This document shows positions 1 through 13,670 of a DNA stretch of 64,000 bases, one piece after another (the stretch's first letter is position 1; the number at the start of each line of letters is the position of its first letter). The notes beneath the pieces were generated by a model. It was not told where the DNA came from, searched no databases, and was given only the letters and a program-made list of their open reading frames with translations. The stretch is from the NCBI RefSeq assembly GCF_963921235.1, contig NC_086108.1, positions 60,142,001 to 60,206,000 on the forward strand, written 5' to 3'. Made by a program: the position numbers and the translations under genes. This stretch comes from Mobula hypostoma. Taxonomy: Eukaryota.

Positions 1-1748
1 GAAAGATTTTTCAGGTACTCTATTTAAAGGAACCAGGCACTCAGAACTACATAGCTGGATTCTCTTTCAGTTTTTAGCAACTCGAAGATGTTTTGTGATC
101 TGTTATCAGACAAACAGTAGACAGTTTGGCTGTGGAAGACCCACCATTTGAGCTGGAGGAGGAGGGAGGGTAACAGAGTGTTGGAGGAGCAGCAACAGAG
201 GAGAGCATGGTGCAGGATAAAGATCCACAGTGTATGCTCAGTAATCTTCTCCAAGATGAACTTGTGATTCAGACTGAGATTCAGATTTAAATTGATATCA
301 ATTTATTTATCACATATCTGTCAGGAGGAGAGGAAATGCACAGTCAGTGCAGAGTACACCTGCGGCCATTCCCCTCAATAATAAACATCTAACTTTAGAT
401 ACTATTGAGGAGGTCGACCTACCCTGGGGAGCCACATTGACCAAGTCTCTGGTGCTATGACTCAGAAGAAGAGAGAGGTGAGGAGGACTGCGGTGTTGAT
501 AGGACATCATTTAGTCAGAGGAACAGAGACGAGGTTCAGTGGGCACGATAGAGACACCCAGATGGTATGTTGCTTCCCTGGTGCCAGGATCAGGGATGTG
601 TTGAATTATGCCCATGGCATTCTCAACGGTGAGGGTGAGCAGCCAGAGTCTTGGTACGTATTGGCACCAATGACATTGGTAAGAAAGGTGGAGATGTCCT
701 GAAGAGAGGTTTTAGGGAGTTAGGTAGAAAGCTGAGAAACAGAACCTCCAGGGTAGTCTCTGGATTGCTGCCTGTGCCATGTGCCAGAGAGAGTGGGAAT
801 AGGATGATTTGACAGATGGATGCATGGCTGAGGAACTGGAGCAGGGATCAGTGGTTCTGATTTATGTATCATTGGGATTTCTTCTGCGGGAAGGTATGGC
901 CTATACAAAAGGGACAAGTTACACCTGAACCAAAGGGGGACCAATATCCATGCAGGCAGGTTGGCTAGTGTTGTTCAGGTGGATTTAAGCTAATGTGGCT
1001 GGGGGATGGGAAGCAAAATAATAGTGCTGAGGATGAGGTAGTTGGTTTAGAATTAGAGGAAATGTGCAGTGAAGCTGCTAGCAAGGAAAGGCTGATGATA
1101 GGGCAAAATTGGAGTCAACAGGATTTGCAACAAAAAAGGACAAAATTGAAACAGTTGAATACAGGACTAAAGGTGTTATATTTGAATGCATGCAGTATAT
1201 GGAATAGGGTCAATGAACTTGCAGCACAGTTACAGATTGGCAAGTATGATGTTGTAAGTATCACTGAATCAGGCTGAAAGAAGATTATAGTTGGGAGCAA
1301 AATGTCCAAGGATACACATTGTATTAAAAGGATAGGCAGGAAGACTGAGGGGATAGTATGGCTCTGGTTCTGTTGGTAAAAAATGAAATTAAATCACTTG
1401 AAAGGGGTGTCATAGGGTTGGAAGGTGTTGGATCATTGTGGATAGAGCTAAGGAACTGCAAGGGTAAAAAGATCCTGATGGGAGTTATATACAGACCTCC
1501 AAACAGTAATAAGGATGTGGGCTACAAATTACAATGTGAGATAGAAAATATATGCAAAAAGGGCAATGTATGGGGGATTTCAATATGTAAGTAGATTGGG
1601 AAAATTAAATTGGTGCAGCAGTTCAAGAGGGAGAATTTCTAGAATACCTACAAGATAGCTTTTTAGAGCAGCTCATGGTTGAGCCACTAAGGGATCAGCT
1701 GTTCTGGATTGGGTGTTGTGCAATAAACTAGATTTGATTAGAGAACTC

Positions 1749-2140
1749 GGCCTTTTCTCCTTGGAGTGACAGAGGATGGCAGGTGACCTGATAGAGGTGT
1801 ATAAGATGATGAGAGGCATTGATCGTGTGGATAGTCGGAGGCTTTTTCCCAGGGCTGAAATGGTTGCCACAAGTTTAAGGTGCTGGGGAGTAGGTACAGA
1901 GGAGATATCAGGGGTAAGTTTTTTATGCAGAAAGTGGTAAGTGAGTGGAATGGGCTGCCAGCAACGGTGGTGGAGGTGGATACAATAGGGTCTTTTAAAA
2001 GACTTTTGAATAGGTACATAGAGCTTAGAAAAATAGAGGGCTATGGGTAAGCCTAGTAATTTCTAAGGTAGGGACATGTTCGGAACAACTTTGTGGGCCA
2101 AAGGGCCTTTATTGTGCTGTAGGCTTTCTATGCTTCTCTG
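1749..2140 (+). mobile_element. 5'-truncated CR1 3' fragment nested in the older CR1
   Basis: Host CR1 endonuclease sequence breaks after 'gattagagaa' and resumes near 'aacccttagggg..agtgatcataatatg'; the insert encodes CR1 C-terminus 'GDLIEVYKMMRGIDRVD' and ends in 'ttctatgcttctct'. Confidence 0.85.
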
Positions 2141-3587
2141 ATACGGAAAAATAACCCTTAGGGGAAAGTGATCATAATATGGTTTTGAGAAGCAGAAGCT
2201 AAAATCAGATCTATCAGTATTACAGTGGAGTAAAGGCATGAGAGAGGAGCTGGCTAGAGTTGATTGGAGAAGAACACTGGCAGGGATGATGGTAGTGCAA
2301 CAATGGCTGGAATTTCTAGAAGCAATTCGGAAGGCACAGGATATATATATCCCAAAGAAGGAGAAGTATTCTAAAGGCAGTACGACACAACTGTGGCTAA
2401 CAAGGGACACCAAAGCCAACATAAAAGCCAAAGAGAGGGCATATAATAGAGCAAAAATTGAGCAGGAAATTAGAGAATTGGGAAACTTTTAAACATCAAC
2501 AGAAGGCACTAAAAAAGTCATTAAGAAGGTAAAGATGGAATATGAAAGTAAGCTAGCCAATAAATTAAAAGAAGATACCAGAAGTTTCTTCGGATACATG
2601 AAGTGTAAAAGAAAAGCAAGAGTGGATATTGGATTGCTGGAAAATGATGCTGGAGGGTTTTTAATAAGAGACAAAGAAATGGCCAATGAACCAAATAAGT
2701 ATTTTGCACCACTGTGGAAGACACTAACAGCATGGTGGAAGTTCCAGGTGTCAGTGGTCATGAAATGTGTGAAGTTACATTCTAGGGAGAATGTTCTTGG
2801 AAAGCTGAAAGGTCTGAAGGTCAGATGGTGTACACCCCAGGGTTCTGAGAGGTGGCTGAAGATGGTAGAGGCAATAATAATAATCTTTCAATAAATTCTG
2901 GAATATTGGAAAATTGCAACTGTCACTCCACTCCTCAAGAAGGGAGAGAGTAGAAGAAAGGAAATTATAGGCCCAATAGTCTGACCTCAGTGGTTGGGAA
3001 GATGTTAGAGTCTATTGTTAAGGGTGTGGTTTCATGGTACTTGCAGGCACATGATAAAATAGGCCATAGTCAGCATGGTTTCATCAAGGAAAAATCTTGC
3101 CTGACAAATCTGTTGGAATTCTTTGAAGAAGTAACAAGCATGATAGACAAAGGAGATTCAGTTGATGCTATGTACATGGAATTTCAGAAAGCCTTTGAAA
3201 AGGTGCCACACATGAGGCTGCTTAACAAGCTACAAACTCATGGTATTACAGGAAAGATTCTAGCATGAATAGAGCAATAGTTGTTTGGCAGGAAGCAAAG
3301 AATGGGAATAAAGGGAGCATATTCTGACTGGCTGCCAGTTACTACTGGTTTTCTACAGGAGTTTGTGTTACGATCGATTCTTTATATATTATACGCCAAT
3401 CATTTGTACAATGGAATTGGTTTCTATGTTGCAAAATTTGCAGAAGATACGAAGATAGGTGGAGGGGCAGGTAGTTTTGAGGAAATAGAGAGATTACAGA
3501 AAGACAGATTGAGAGAATAGGCAAAGGGGTGGCAGATGGTATAGAGTGTCGGGAAGTATACGGTTATGCATGTTGGTAGAAGAAACG

Positions 3588-4403
3588 TATTACATACTTC
3601 ATGGATATCTTGTGACTGTCTTACGAGGATGATGTAATGGTCTTGCGGAAGTCACATGATGTAATTTTCCTGCCAGTGACGTCACATGATGACCTGTTCT
3701 CAACAAGTATATAAAAGAGACTCCTGATGTGATGCAGTTAGTTTTCAGTTAGTTTTGTGTTAGATACTCTGTTTTGCTGCGTATTCGGCTTATGACACAG
3801 TTTTGTTTTAAAGTGGCGTTCTACTTTCTATTGTAAGTAGTATTGGAGAGTGAAGACCTTACCAAAGTGCAGGAATTCGCCGAGCCAAGTAAAGCTGATA
3901 TCGTTTGGTGGTTTTGAAGAGGATTGACCTTTTATTGAATCTTCATTCAAGAAAAAGTGACCTGCAACTGAGATATCCCCTGCTAAAGTAGGAAGGATAG
4001 TGCAGTGTCTATTCTCCAGAGGAAAAGGTCAGTTCCTTTAAACCGTTTTATTTCTGTGGTCGTGAATCCTGCGGACAAGGCAGATTCCGGGCTGGGATCA
4101 GCAGTAATGACACATCTTCGAGGAATTCTTTACTTCAGGAAAGTCTCTCCTAATTGACTGTATAAATCTCTTGGACTTTAGAGTTTACCATTCTAATAAC
4201 TGTGTTCAAATTTACCACTTTAAGAACTGTTTTCGCATATACCCTTTTAAGAACTGTTCCAGAGTTGCCATATAGCAGTTAACTTCCGGTTAAGTTAGTC
4301 ATTTAAATACATTTTACTATTTTTGAGCAAAGTTTAATAAATGTTTGTTTGTTTTTATAAAATCTGACTCAATTTTATATTCATTGTTGCCGGTCATGTG
4401 ACA
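3588..4403 (+). mobile_element. Solo LTR (Gypsy-like, 816 bp) inserted in CR1 ORF2
   Basis: Termini tattaca...tgtgaca; 4-bp TSD aacg (3584-3587)/aatg (4404-4407); TATA-like 'tatataaaa' near 3708, AATAAA near 4336; CR1 sequence rejoins across it; shares blocks with LTR at 35859-36651. Confidence 0.85.
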
Positions 4404-5140
4404 AATGAAAGGGTTGACTATTTTCTAAACGAGAGAAAATACAAAAATCTGTGGTGGAAAGGGATTTGGGAGTCCTTGTGCAGGATTCCCTAAAGGTTAA
4501 TTTGCAGGCTGAGTCTGTGGAGAGGAAGACAAATGTAATGTTAGCATTCATTTCAAGAGGACTAGAATATAAAAGCAATGATGTAATTTTGAGGCCTCAC
4601 TTGGAATATTGCGAGCAGTCTTGGGTCCCTTATGTTAGAAAGGATGTGCTGAAACTGGAGGGAGTTCAAAAGAGGTTCACGAAAATGATTCCAGGTTTGA
4701 ACAGCTTGTCAAATGAAGAGCATTTGATGGCTCTGGGCCTGTATTCACTGAAATTCAGAAGAATGAGAGGTGACTTCATTGAATCATGTCAAATAGCGAA
4801 AGGCTTTGATAGAGTCCACATGGAAAGGATGTTTCCTATGGTGGAAGTGTCTAAGATCAGAGGACACAGCCTCAGAATAGAGGGGCGTCCTTTTAGAACG
4901 GAGATGAGGTGGAATTTCTTTCGCCAGAGAATTCTTTGCCACAGGCACCTGTGGAGATCAAGTCTTTCCGTATATTTAAGGTGAAGTTTGATAGGTTCTT
5001 GATTGGTCAGAGCATGAAGGAATATGGGGAGAAAGCAGGAGATTGGGGCTAAGAGGAAAAATAGATCAGCCATAATGAAATGGTGGAGCAGACTCGATGA
5101 GCCAGATGACCTAATTCTACTCCTATACCTATGGTCTTAT

Positions 5141-5870
5141 GTGCATTGAAACATACAGGGAAATGTATTGTTTACATCAATGTCCTGGGAGGCAGCCCAC
5201 AAGTGTCACCACGCATTCTGGCACCAAAATAACTTGCCCACCATGCTTGGCAGAACAACAAAGAACACAATAAAATGTAACACAACTAGTAACAAAACAT
5301 CAACTGCAAAACAAGCCCCTTTCCTCCCTTCCACCCACATACAGACAGATCTCCAATCCCAGGACAGACCTCCATGTCTCCAGACTCCATTGGGCTTTGA
5401 TCTTTGGTATCAAACCAGAATTGCAGACGATGGAACCCCAAACTGCTGTCCTCGAACTCCGGGCTCCCTGACTCACCAGCCCTCATGCCTCCTGCTTGCA
5501 CAAACATCCAATCCTGAAACCCACCAGCCTTGGACAGTTTGACGTCCACTGACATTCTTCAACATTCGTCCATTTTGCTGGCATTTGGGCATAGAGCAGA
5601 GGCCTAGACTCCAGATGTCCTTTGTCTCATGTCCACATCACTAGCTTTCAAATGTGGAGTGTGGAGCAGAGGCCTGACCTTTAGCTCTTCCACATCCATG
5701 TCACTGAACCCTAATCTGATCTCTAACCATCACCCCCCCAAAATCCTGACCCTAAACCCTAACCTGACCACTACCTCCTCCTTTATGTCCCCAGAACCAT
5801 CTCTACATACTTAAAATTAACAATCAAGTCTAAGCCATCACCTTGATGCAGACCACAGCTGAGGACCATC
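5141..5870 (-). mobile_element. Non-autonomous Rex1/L2-type LINE derivative (degenerate)
   Basis: No coding capacity; minus-strand start near 'aagatggtcc' and Rex1-like 3' region 'ttgatgtaaacaatacatttccctgtatgtttcaatgcac'. Confidence 0.45.
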
Positions 5871-6547
5871 TTGACCAGCAGATATCCTAGGAGAAGCTTG
5901 CAAGGTGCCTTTGCTTCTCTGTCACCAATTGCATCTGAAGTATTCAGAATTCGAATCTCAACACAGGCTCATGCTATTCAGGGCCACACAGCTCTTCCCT
6001 TTAAACCAGTTTACCCTTTTCACCCTGTGGCAGCTGACACCTCAGTTTGCCAACGTATGAGAGAATCTTTCTACCCTCAGGGAGCAGTAACATCTCTTTC
6101 ACCAAAGGTGGGAAACGCAAGAGCAGCTCTGACCATGAGGATCGCTGTTCAATTGATGAAGTTCATTTTACCCTCCAGTTTAGACGGAACCAAGATCAGA
6201 GCAAAATATTGACATAAAATACACTGAAGCTCTATGACATTTAGAGACTGTGAAAATGAAGATACGTGCCTGTGATTTATTGATGCTCATTCCTCCTGGG
6301 TGTGATTTCATTTTAGTGACATGATTTAATCAACGCAGCTGAATATTTTGAAGTCTCATTGTTTCTTGACCCCATTTTACAGGAATATTGAAACAGTAGT
6401 ACATCATCAAACCTTTGTGCCTGTTCCACCATTCAATGTAATCACAGGAATTTACATCCATTAATCTATCCTTTCTCCATGCCATTTATGGCTTCTGTTA
6501 AAACAGCTCATGTTTAAAATGAACACATGGCTTAGCATTAATTCCTG

Positions 6548-6700
6548 AGCAACAAACACTGGAGGAACTCAACAAGTCAGGCAGTATCTACGAAGAGGAA
6601 TAAACAGTCAATGTTTTGGACTGAGACCCTTCATCAAGACTGAAAAGGAAGGGGGCAGAAACCAGAATAAGAAGGTCAGGGGGGAGGGGAAGGAGTTTAT
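6548..6700 (-). mobile_element. Penelope-like element 3' fragment with degenerate hammerhead motif
   Basis: Reverse complement of 6605-6642 is cagtc-ttgatga-agggtctcagtcc-aaaac-att-gactg, followed by the shared tail 'gatactgcctgacttgttgagttcctccag'. Confidence 0.75.
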
Positions 6701-7154
6701 CACGTGTATGGAATTTCTGGTATAATCCCACTGTTTAAGTAATTGTATTGTAATGACTTACCATAATTCCTGTCAAATGTACCAGTGAGGTATCAAGGGG
6801 TGGAGTGTAAGGAAAGAGTTCATTGTGATTCCTCCTTGGTACATGCCAAAATAAAATAAAAGTTCAAAGATAAAATAATGTCAGTTCGGAATGTTGTGAT
6901 ACTCTGGAGATGTTCAGGAGTGTATCTTCCAGAAATGAGATAATGAGTGATGTTTTCTTACTTGCAGACCTGTTGCCCCTGCTGTCCTAGATTATGCGTC
7001 TTGCCTGAAGGTTGCAAGAGATAAAGGGGTGCATCTGGTACCACCAAGGGATGGAAAAGGATTCTTAAAGGAGCTTTGTCTTAGGTTACTTCATGTCCGG
7101 TACTAGTGCTAAGAGTTGGACAAAATAGAAACAAGTACATTGAAAGAATTAGAG

Positions 7155-9596
7155 CACTGGTCCCAACCACTGGGCCGCAAACCGGTACCGGGCCGCAAAG
7201 CATGTGCTACCGGGCCGTGAGAAAACAATATGATTTGGCGATATGAAACAATATGAGTCAGCTGCACCTTTCCTCATTCCCTGTCACACCCATTGTTGAA
7301 TTTGAACGCATGCAAGATCATCAGTCGGTCATTAACCTACAACTATTCGATGAGTTAAAAACAAACGTCGCTTGAGAGTCTCTTTGGAAGAGTTGGTAGG
7401 GGACATAAAAGGCCTAACGATGATGATAACGCAGAGATAGCTGAGGCCAAGTCTGCGATAAAAAAGAAAGCTCCTTCAACAGAAAATACGATGAGTCGTA
7501 CATAAAATATGGCTTTATTGCGACCGGTGACTCGCACGCTCCGAGCCCCGTGTGTGATATGTGGAGACAAGCTGTCTAATGAGGCAATGAAGCCCTCAAA
7601 ACTGCTTCGGCTCCTTGAGTCCAAGCACCCTGCACTTAAAGACAAACCCGTTGAGTTTTTTGAGCGGAAAAAATGTGAGCAAGTGGGACAGAAGCAAGTA
7701 CTGAGAGTCACCACCTCCACAAATGCTGCTGCTCTGAGAGCATCGTACTGAGTGGCTAGTCGTATTGCTAAGGCTAAGAAGCCTTTCGCTGTTGGTGAAG
7801 AATTGATTCTGCCTGCTGCCAAGGACGTGTGCTGTGAACTGTTGGGAGAAGCTGCAGCTAACAAGATGGCACAAGTTTCTCTTTCAGCTACCACACTCAA
7901 TGACATAGCGGAGGACATCGAATTACAGCTGTTGGAACGGCTTAACGAGTCACCATGGTATGCTATCCAGGTTGACGAGTCTGCCGATGTGATAACAAGG
8001 CAATACTGCTGGTTTATGTGTGGTATATATTTCAAGACGATGTGCATGAGATTATGTTGTGTGCACTGCCACTGCCAACTAACACAACTGGGGCAGAACT
8101 ATTCAAGTCTTTGAATGACTACATATCAGGCAAACTGCACTGGTCATTCTGTGTTGGAATATGCACAGACGGGGCTGCAGCTCTGACTGGACGGCTGTCT
8201 GGTTTCACTACCCGAGTCAAAGAGGTTGCTCCTGAATGCCAGTCTACACACTGTGTCACACACAGGGAAATGCTGGCTAGCCGAAAAATGTCACCTGATC
8301 TTAACAGCGTATTGAGTGACGTTGTTGAAGTCATCAATCACATCAAAGCAAAAGCCTTTAACTCACGTCTGTTTGAGCAGCTTTGCGAGGAAATGGATGC
8401 AGAGCACAAATGCCTTCCGTTCACACTGAGGTCAGGTGGGAAGAGTATCAAGGGGAAGAATACTGGCCAGGGTTTTTGAGTTAAGAGAGCAGCTACAGAG
8501 ATTTCTTTCAGGAAAAAAGTCACCACTGGCAGCACACTTCAGTGATGAGGAGTGGATAGCAAAACTCGCTTATTTGTGTGACATCAACCTGCTCAATGAA
8601 CTCAATTTGTCACTTCAGGGGAGAATGACAACTGTCTTCAAGTTGGCAGATAAAGTGTCTACTTTCAAAGTTAAACTGGAACTGTGGGGACGGCGAGTGG
8701 ACACGGGCATATTTGACATGTTCCTAACATTGGCTGCGATTTTGGGAGAGACTGAGGCTGCACCGTCCTTCTCATAGCTATTACCTATCTTCGCTGTCGA
8801 CAGAATTCGAGCGTTACTTCCCAACCACAAATGACCCAAGACGTACAAAGGAATGGGTCCGTGACCCGTTTGTGAATGTCCCCGGAGAATCATCCATGTG
8901 AGCGCGGGAAGATCAACTCCTCGAGCTTGCAAATGATGGTGGGCTGAAAAGTATGTTTGACATAACATCTCTGCCGGCATTCTGGATCAAAGGTCAAGGC
9001 TGAATATCCTGAGATAGCCACAAAAGCACTGAAAACGTTGCTTCCATTTCCAACATCATATCTCTGCGAAGCGGAGTTTTCTGCAATGAATGCAATGAAA
9101 ACTAAATTGCGGAATAGACTGGACATAAGGAACCCCCTTCGAGTATCGCTGTCTCCCATCACCCCTCGATGGGACCGTCTTGTTGCAGGGAAACAAGCCC
9201 AGGGCTCCCACTGATTCAGCAATATTGGTGTGTTGCAGTGATTTTATATGTTCATACGAGGAAAATATGCGCTGTGTGTTTAATATCCAAACGTTACTTA
9301 AAATGTTATGATGCTATTGACTTATAAGTGACTTATAATTGACTTATCACTATATTCATGCGAGGAAAATATGCGCTATGTTTAATATTAAATTCGTTAG
9401 ATAAACTCTATTAGAAACGAAATTGAGTGTATTAGCCACTTATAAGTGACTTATAGTTGACTTATCACCTATATTCTGGTTGTGATTAACACCGCACCAC
9501 CTCCCCCACCCCCCCTTCCCCGCTGTGTCGGCCGGTCCGTAAGAATATTTCAAATATTAAACTGGTCCACGGTGCAAAAAAGGTTGGGGACCCATG
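7155..9596 (+). mobile_element. Full-length hAT transposon, Charlie/Buster group (MER1/Charlie3-like)
   Basis: TIRs cactggtcccaacc...ggttggggacccatg; 8-bp TSD aattagag (7147-7154)/agttagag (9597-9604) with central TA; subterminal repeats 'cgaggaaaatatgcgct' and 'acttataagtgacttata' each twice. Confidence 0.95.
7350..9214 (+). pseudogene. hAT (Buster/Charlie) transposase, frameshifted
   Basis: ATG at 7350; BED-finger 'CVICGDKLSNEAMKPSKL.R.LESKH'; 'IQVDES'; 'ICTDGAAA'; 'HCVTHRE'; C-terminal 'PFPTSYLCEAEFS'; ends 'GKQAQGSH*' at 9214. Confidence 0.93.
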
Positions 9597-10289
9597 AGTT
9601 AGAGTATTTTGAGTCAGATTTAAAGAGAAAGAAAGAGAGAGAGAGAGAGAAAGCTGTACATAAGATTGACGTATCTGCAGCTCCATTCCAATATTGTAGA
9701 GATCGGTTTGTTTATTTACTTATTTACGGGATGTGTCGTCATCACCTAAGCCAGCATTTATTGTTCATCCCTAGTTGCCCTTGAGAAGGTGATGATGAGC
9801 TGGCTTCTTGAACCACCATGTTTAGTGGATGATGAGTATATTTTGATTTCTGTACTGCTACTACTGTACATTGTTGTTTCTCTTTCTGTGTTACATTTGT
9901 GCTAGTTCTAATAAACTGTTTTCTTGTGGCCTTGAACATGTGTGCAGTGCCTCCCTTTGTTTACGAATACCACAGTACATATGCAAATACCTTCAGATGT
10001 ATCAGAAAAGAACAGAGAACAAATTTTAAAATGATTTTGGTTACACAAGCTTGTTTATTCCATTCCACAGATCCTGCCAGCCTGCTGAGTTCCTCCAGTA
10101 CTTTATTATGCTGCTCTATATTTCCAGTATCTTCAGAAGCTCTTGCATTTATGTTTAACATTCATCTTGCACTGGTTAACTCCAATTTTCACCATCTTTT
10201 TTTCTGCACATAAAGTGTTTCTTCATTTTATTCTGTGCAAATCATGCCCGATAAAATAATGGCTTCTTGTCATAGAGTTGTGGAGTTGT

Positions 10290-10715
10290 ATAGCATAGAA
10301 ATGTGCCTGATGACCCTCTACTTCTATTCCAGCCAACATGCCTGCATATACTAATTCTGCTTGCCTATATTAATTCTACATCCCTCCACAGCTTGTTCAT
10401 TCAACTATCTGTCTGGAAGCCTCTCAAGTATTGTTATTGTTTCTGCCTCTACCATCTCTGCTGGCAGTTCCTTCCAGTTAACAGCTCATCTGTTTGTGAA
10501 AAATGCATCCCGCAGATGCCCTTTAAACCTCTTACCTCCAATCTTAAAATAATGCCATATTAATTTTGACAGTTCTATCATGCATAACTGAGCCTAGCTA
10601 ACTAGATATCTATGTCTCACCTAATCTTATACTGTACTTCAACCTCTTTTGCCCCAGGGAAACAAACCCAGGCTATCTGATCTCTTCATTTAATGCAAGC
10701 CTTCCAGTCTGGCTG
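10290..10715 (-). mobile_element. Old CR1 3' fragment
   Basis: 'gcctctaccatctctgctggcagttccttcca' is antisense of the CR1 'WN.LP..VVEA' end. Confidence 0.65.
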
Positions 10716-10764
10716 TCTTACACTCCCCAACAAACAGAAAGCGTTTTAATTTATTTATTATTTA

Positions 10765-11035
10765 TTTAGAGATAGCGCGTGGGACAGGCTCTTCCGGCCC
10801 AGTAAGTTGCACTGACCAGCAACCCACCTATTTAACACCAGCCTAATCACAGGACAATTTACAATGACCAATTAACCTCCTAACCAGTATGTCTTTGGAC
10901 TGTGGGAGGAAACCGGAGCACCCGGAGGAAACCCAAGCGTTTCATGGGGAGAATGTACAAATTCCTTACAGATGCTGCTGGAATTGAACTCCAAACTCCA
11001 GAATCCCCCAAGCTGTAATAGCGCAGTGCTACTGG
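10765..11035 (-). mobile_element. tRNA-derived SINE with V-domain-like core
   Basis: Minus-strand B-box 'gagttcaattcc'; core 'gggtttcctccgggtgctccggtttcctcccaca'; second copy at 52230-52480. Confidence 0.75.
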
Positions 11036-11258
11036 GCTGCCCCTCATTTTCTGCTACCAACCTCACTGATTCCCCTTAATCTCTTTAAAGCTTGATTCAA
11101 GTCACCTTATAAACATTGAAATTGCAGAGAGTACAACTCTATTTTGTGCAGTTTCTCTTCGTCATATCAACAGCATGAAGGCATCATTTTGATAAATCGT
11201 GTCTTCTAGACATATCACCAGTTGTTTTGATTGTTTTGTACATCAGTCCACGATAATT

Positions 11259-11566
11259 GGGCATGTGGCCAAGTGGTTAAGGCATTGGACTAGCTACCTG
11301 AAGGTCGTGAGTTCGAGCCCCAGCTGAGGGAACGTGTTGTGTCCTTGAGCAAGGCACTTAATCACACAGTGCTCTGCGGCGACACTGGTGACAAGCTAAA
11401 AGGGGTACTAATGCCCTTCCCTTGGACAACATTTCTGTTGTGGGGAGGGGAGACTTGCAGCATGGGCGACTGCTGGTCTTCCATACAACTTTGCCCAGGC
11501 CTGCGCCCTGGAGAGTGAAGACTTTCCAAGCGCAGATCCATGGTCTCGCAAGACTAACGGATGCTA
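11259..11566 (+). mobile_element. tRNA-derived SINE with RTE-like 3' end, copy 1
   Basis: A-box 'tggccaagtgg', B-box 'gagttcgagcc', core 'gtccttgagcaaggcacttaa', tail 'ccatggtctcgcaagactaacggatgc'; TSD cgataatt (11251-11258)/tgataatt (11567-11574). Confidence 0.88.
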
Positions 11567-11589
11567 TGATAATTACTGATCAAAGTACA

Positions 11590-12060
11590 AGGATCTTTAT
11601 TTTTACATGAACCTCCACAGCTTAGCCATCAGCTGTAGAAAGTTTGCCACTCTATCATCTTAGGTCTAAAGTGGAAGGCCTTACATCATTCCTGGATAGT
11701 TATCTGTTTTCCATCGTGCTGTTCATTTGCTTAATTTCTAAACTTGTAATTTAATACTTCCATCTGCAATGCTTAGGTTGCCACCAATCTTTGTATCATC
11801 AGCAAACAAGAACCACTGGCTTTCTATCCCATCATCTAGGTTGTTTATAAACATGGTGAATAGATGTGGATCCAACATGATCCTTGGGGATTGCATGCTG
11901 CCAGTCTGAATGCCTGCTCATTATCCCTACTGTTTGACACCTGCTGCTCTGCCAATTTCTTAAGCAGATCAATAGCTTGCCTTCAGTTGCATAAGAATTA
12001 ATTTTTGCTAGCATTACTTATGAGCGAATTGATCAAATACCTGCTAGAAGTCTACATAAA
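11590..12060 (-). mobile_element. Very old CR1 RT fragment
   Basis: 'ccaccaatctttgtatcatcagcaaac' is antisense of FADDTKIGG. Confidence 0.65.
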
Positions 12061-13189
12061 TAAAATTCATAGGCACTTTAGTCACCTCTGCAAAAAGGAT
12101 TCAAGATATATCTTTTCTCCAATGTTATTTTTCTCAGTATTTGCTATGTGCAATGTTGTTCTAGCTGTAGCAAATGCTGGCAGAATGAATTGAATTCTGA
12201 GCAATTGCCAAAGCTGCATGATGCAGCTGGGGTCTCTAAGATACTGAGAAATGAATCAGCCCTCAAACTGCATAGATCTTTCTGGGAGTTTGTCAGACTG
12301 TAATTCTCTGCCATGGATTTTACCTAATGAGGCATTGACATAGTGCAAATTATTTCTGGTTCCATTCTGAAAGACAGGGTCACTTTCTTTAAATCATATG
12401 GGTTCATTCTGCTGCCTAGAATGTGTCAAAATGAACAGATGAATGCCACCACAAGGTCTTTTCCGTCATGTCTCAAGACTATCTCTTTTCTCACACCATC
12501 TGTTTCAGTCCTACATGAGGGAAGGTAATCAAGTGTTGAAGTGTGTTATCCTCTCAGGCAGATATACGCAGGCCAAGTAACCTGGCGGCAATTCATTGTT
12601 TTCCTTAGTGAAACAGTTTCTGAATGTGTCTTGCATTGTTGCTTGTTATTTTCAATCTTAAAAGACTTCAGCATCGTCAGGCTAGCCCTGTGCCAGGCTA
12701 TTACACATCCCTCACACGAGTGATAGAATGCATTTCGTCGGAAGAAGCGTTCTTTTTACTTTTCCCTCAGAGTACTGTGTCATTGTGGTCCACTGCTTCA
12801 ACTCTCTTTCAGATTTCCACAGTCCTTCTTTGGTACTTTTATTTCCAAAGGCGTGCTGGTGGGTAGGTGAATGAACCGCAGTGTGTAAGAGAGTGGTAGA
12901 ATTTGGGGTGGAGTTGATGAGGATGTTGGATTAGTGTAAATTTGTAGCTTGTGCACCGAAAGTCCTATTACTGAGCTCACTAGACCGAATCATTTATAAC
13001 TTTTTGGCCGTTTCACCCTTACTTACAACATTATCCCAGCAGTCACTACATGATTAATCTGTAATTTGGAATCCTTATAACATTTTACTCTGCATGTTCA
13101 TCCAAACTTACCTTGGTCAGATCTCTGAAAGAGGGAAACAATTAGCTGTCTCTTTCTGAGGTCTTTACCCCATAAAGTGGTGGAATGGT

Positions 13190-13670
13190 ACAAAATAGAA
13201 ATGGCCCCTTCAGCCCTGCACACCTATGCTGTACCAATCCCATCTGACTGCATTAATTCCATGTCCCTCCATGCTCTGCTCATTCAAGTACCTGTCCTGA
13301 TGCTTCTTAAATGTTTCCACTGTTCCTGCCTCCACTAGCTCCTCTGGCAGCTCATTTGAAACACCAGCCACTGTGTGAAAAACTTCCCCTCAGATCCCTT
13401 TTAAACCTCCTCTCACCTTAAACCTATACTCACTAGTTTTAGACACTCCTACCATACGAATCAGACTCTGGCTATCAACCTTCTCTATGCCCCTCATAAC
13501 TTGTTATATCTCTATCACCCTCTCTGCTCCAAGGAAAACAGCCCAGTTTATCTAACCTCTCATTATAAGCCAAGCTTTCCAATCCAGGTAACATCCTTGT
13601 GAATCTTTTCTGCATCCCCTCTGATTTCATTATATCTACCCGCAGTATGGCGACCAAAATTACCACCCCT
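13190..13670 (-). mobile_element. CR1 3' fragment
   Basis: ORF 13475-13666 'EGMQKRFTRMLPGLESLAYNERLDKLG'. Confidence 0.8.

Larger units (their letters stand above)
300..5140 (+). mobile_element. Degenerate near-full-length CR1 LINE (ORF1 SGNH-esterase-like, ORF2 APE endonuclease + RT), interrupted by two insertions
   Basis: ORF1 piece 'AVLIG..VRGTETRF..VCCFPGARIRDV' (457-702); APE motifs 'LYLNACSI..', 'GVIYRPPNS' (1170-1594); RT motifs 'SQHGF..KSCLTNLLEFFEEVT', 'KFAEDTKIGG', 'RPHLEYC' (2990-4984); CR1-type 3' end 'cctaattctactcctatacctatggtcttatg'. Many stops and frameshifts. Confidence 0.93.

Noticed and set aside
7355..8047. 230-aa minus-strand ORF
   Set aside because: Antisense shadow of the hAT transposase.
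11259..11330. tRNA-like sequence
   Set aside because: It is the head of a SINE: it continues into the SINE body, has a TSD and a second diverged copy at 14516.
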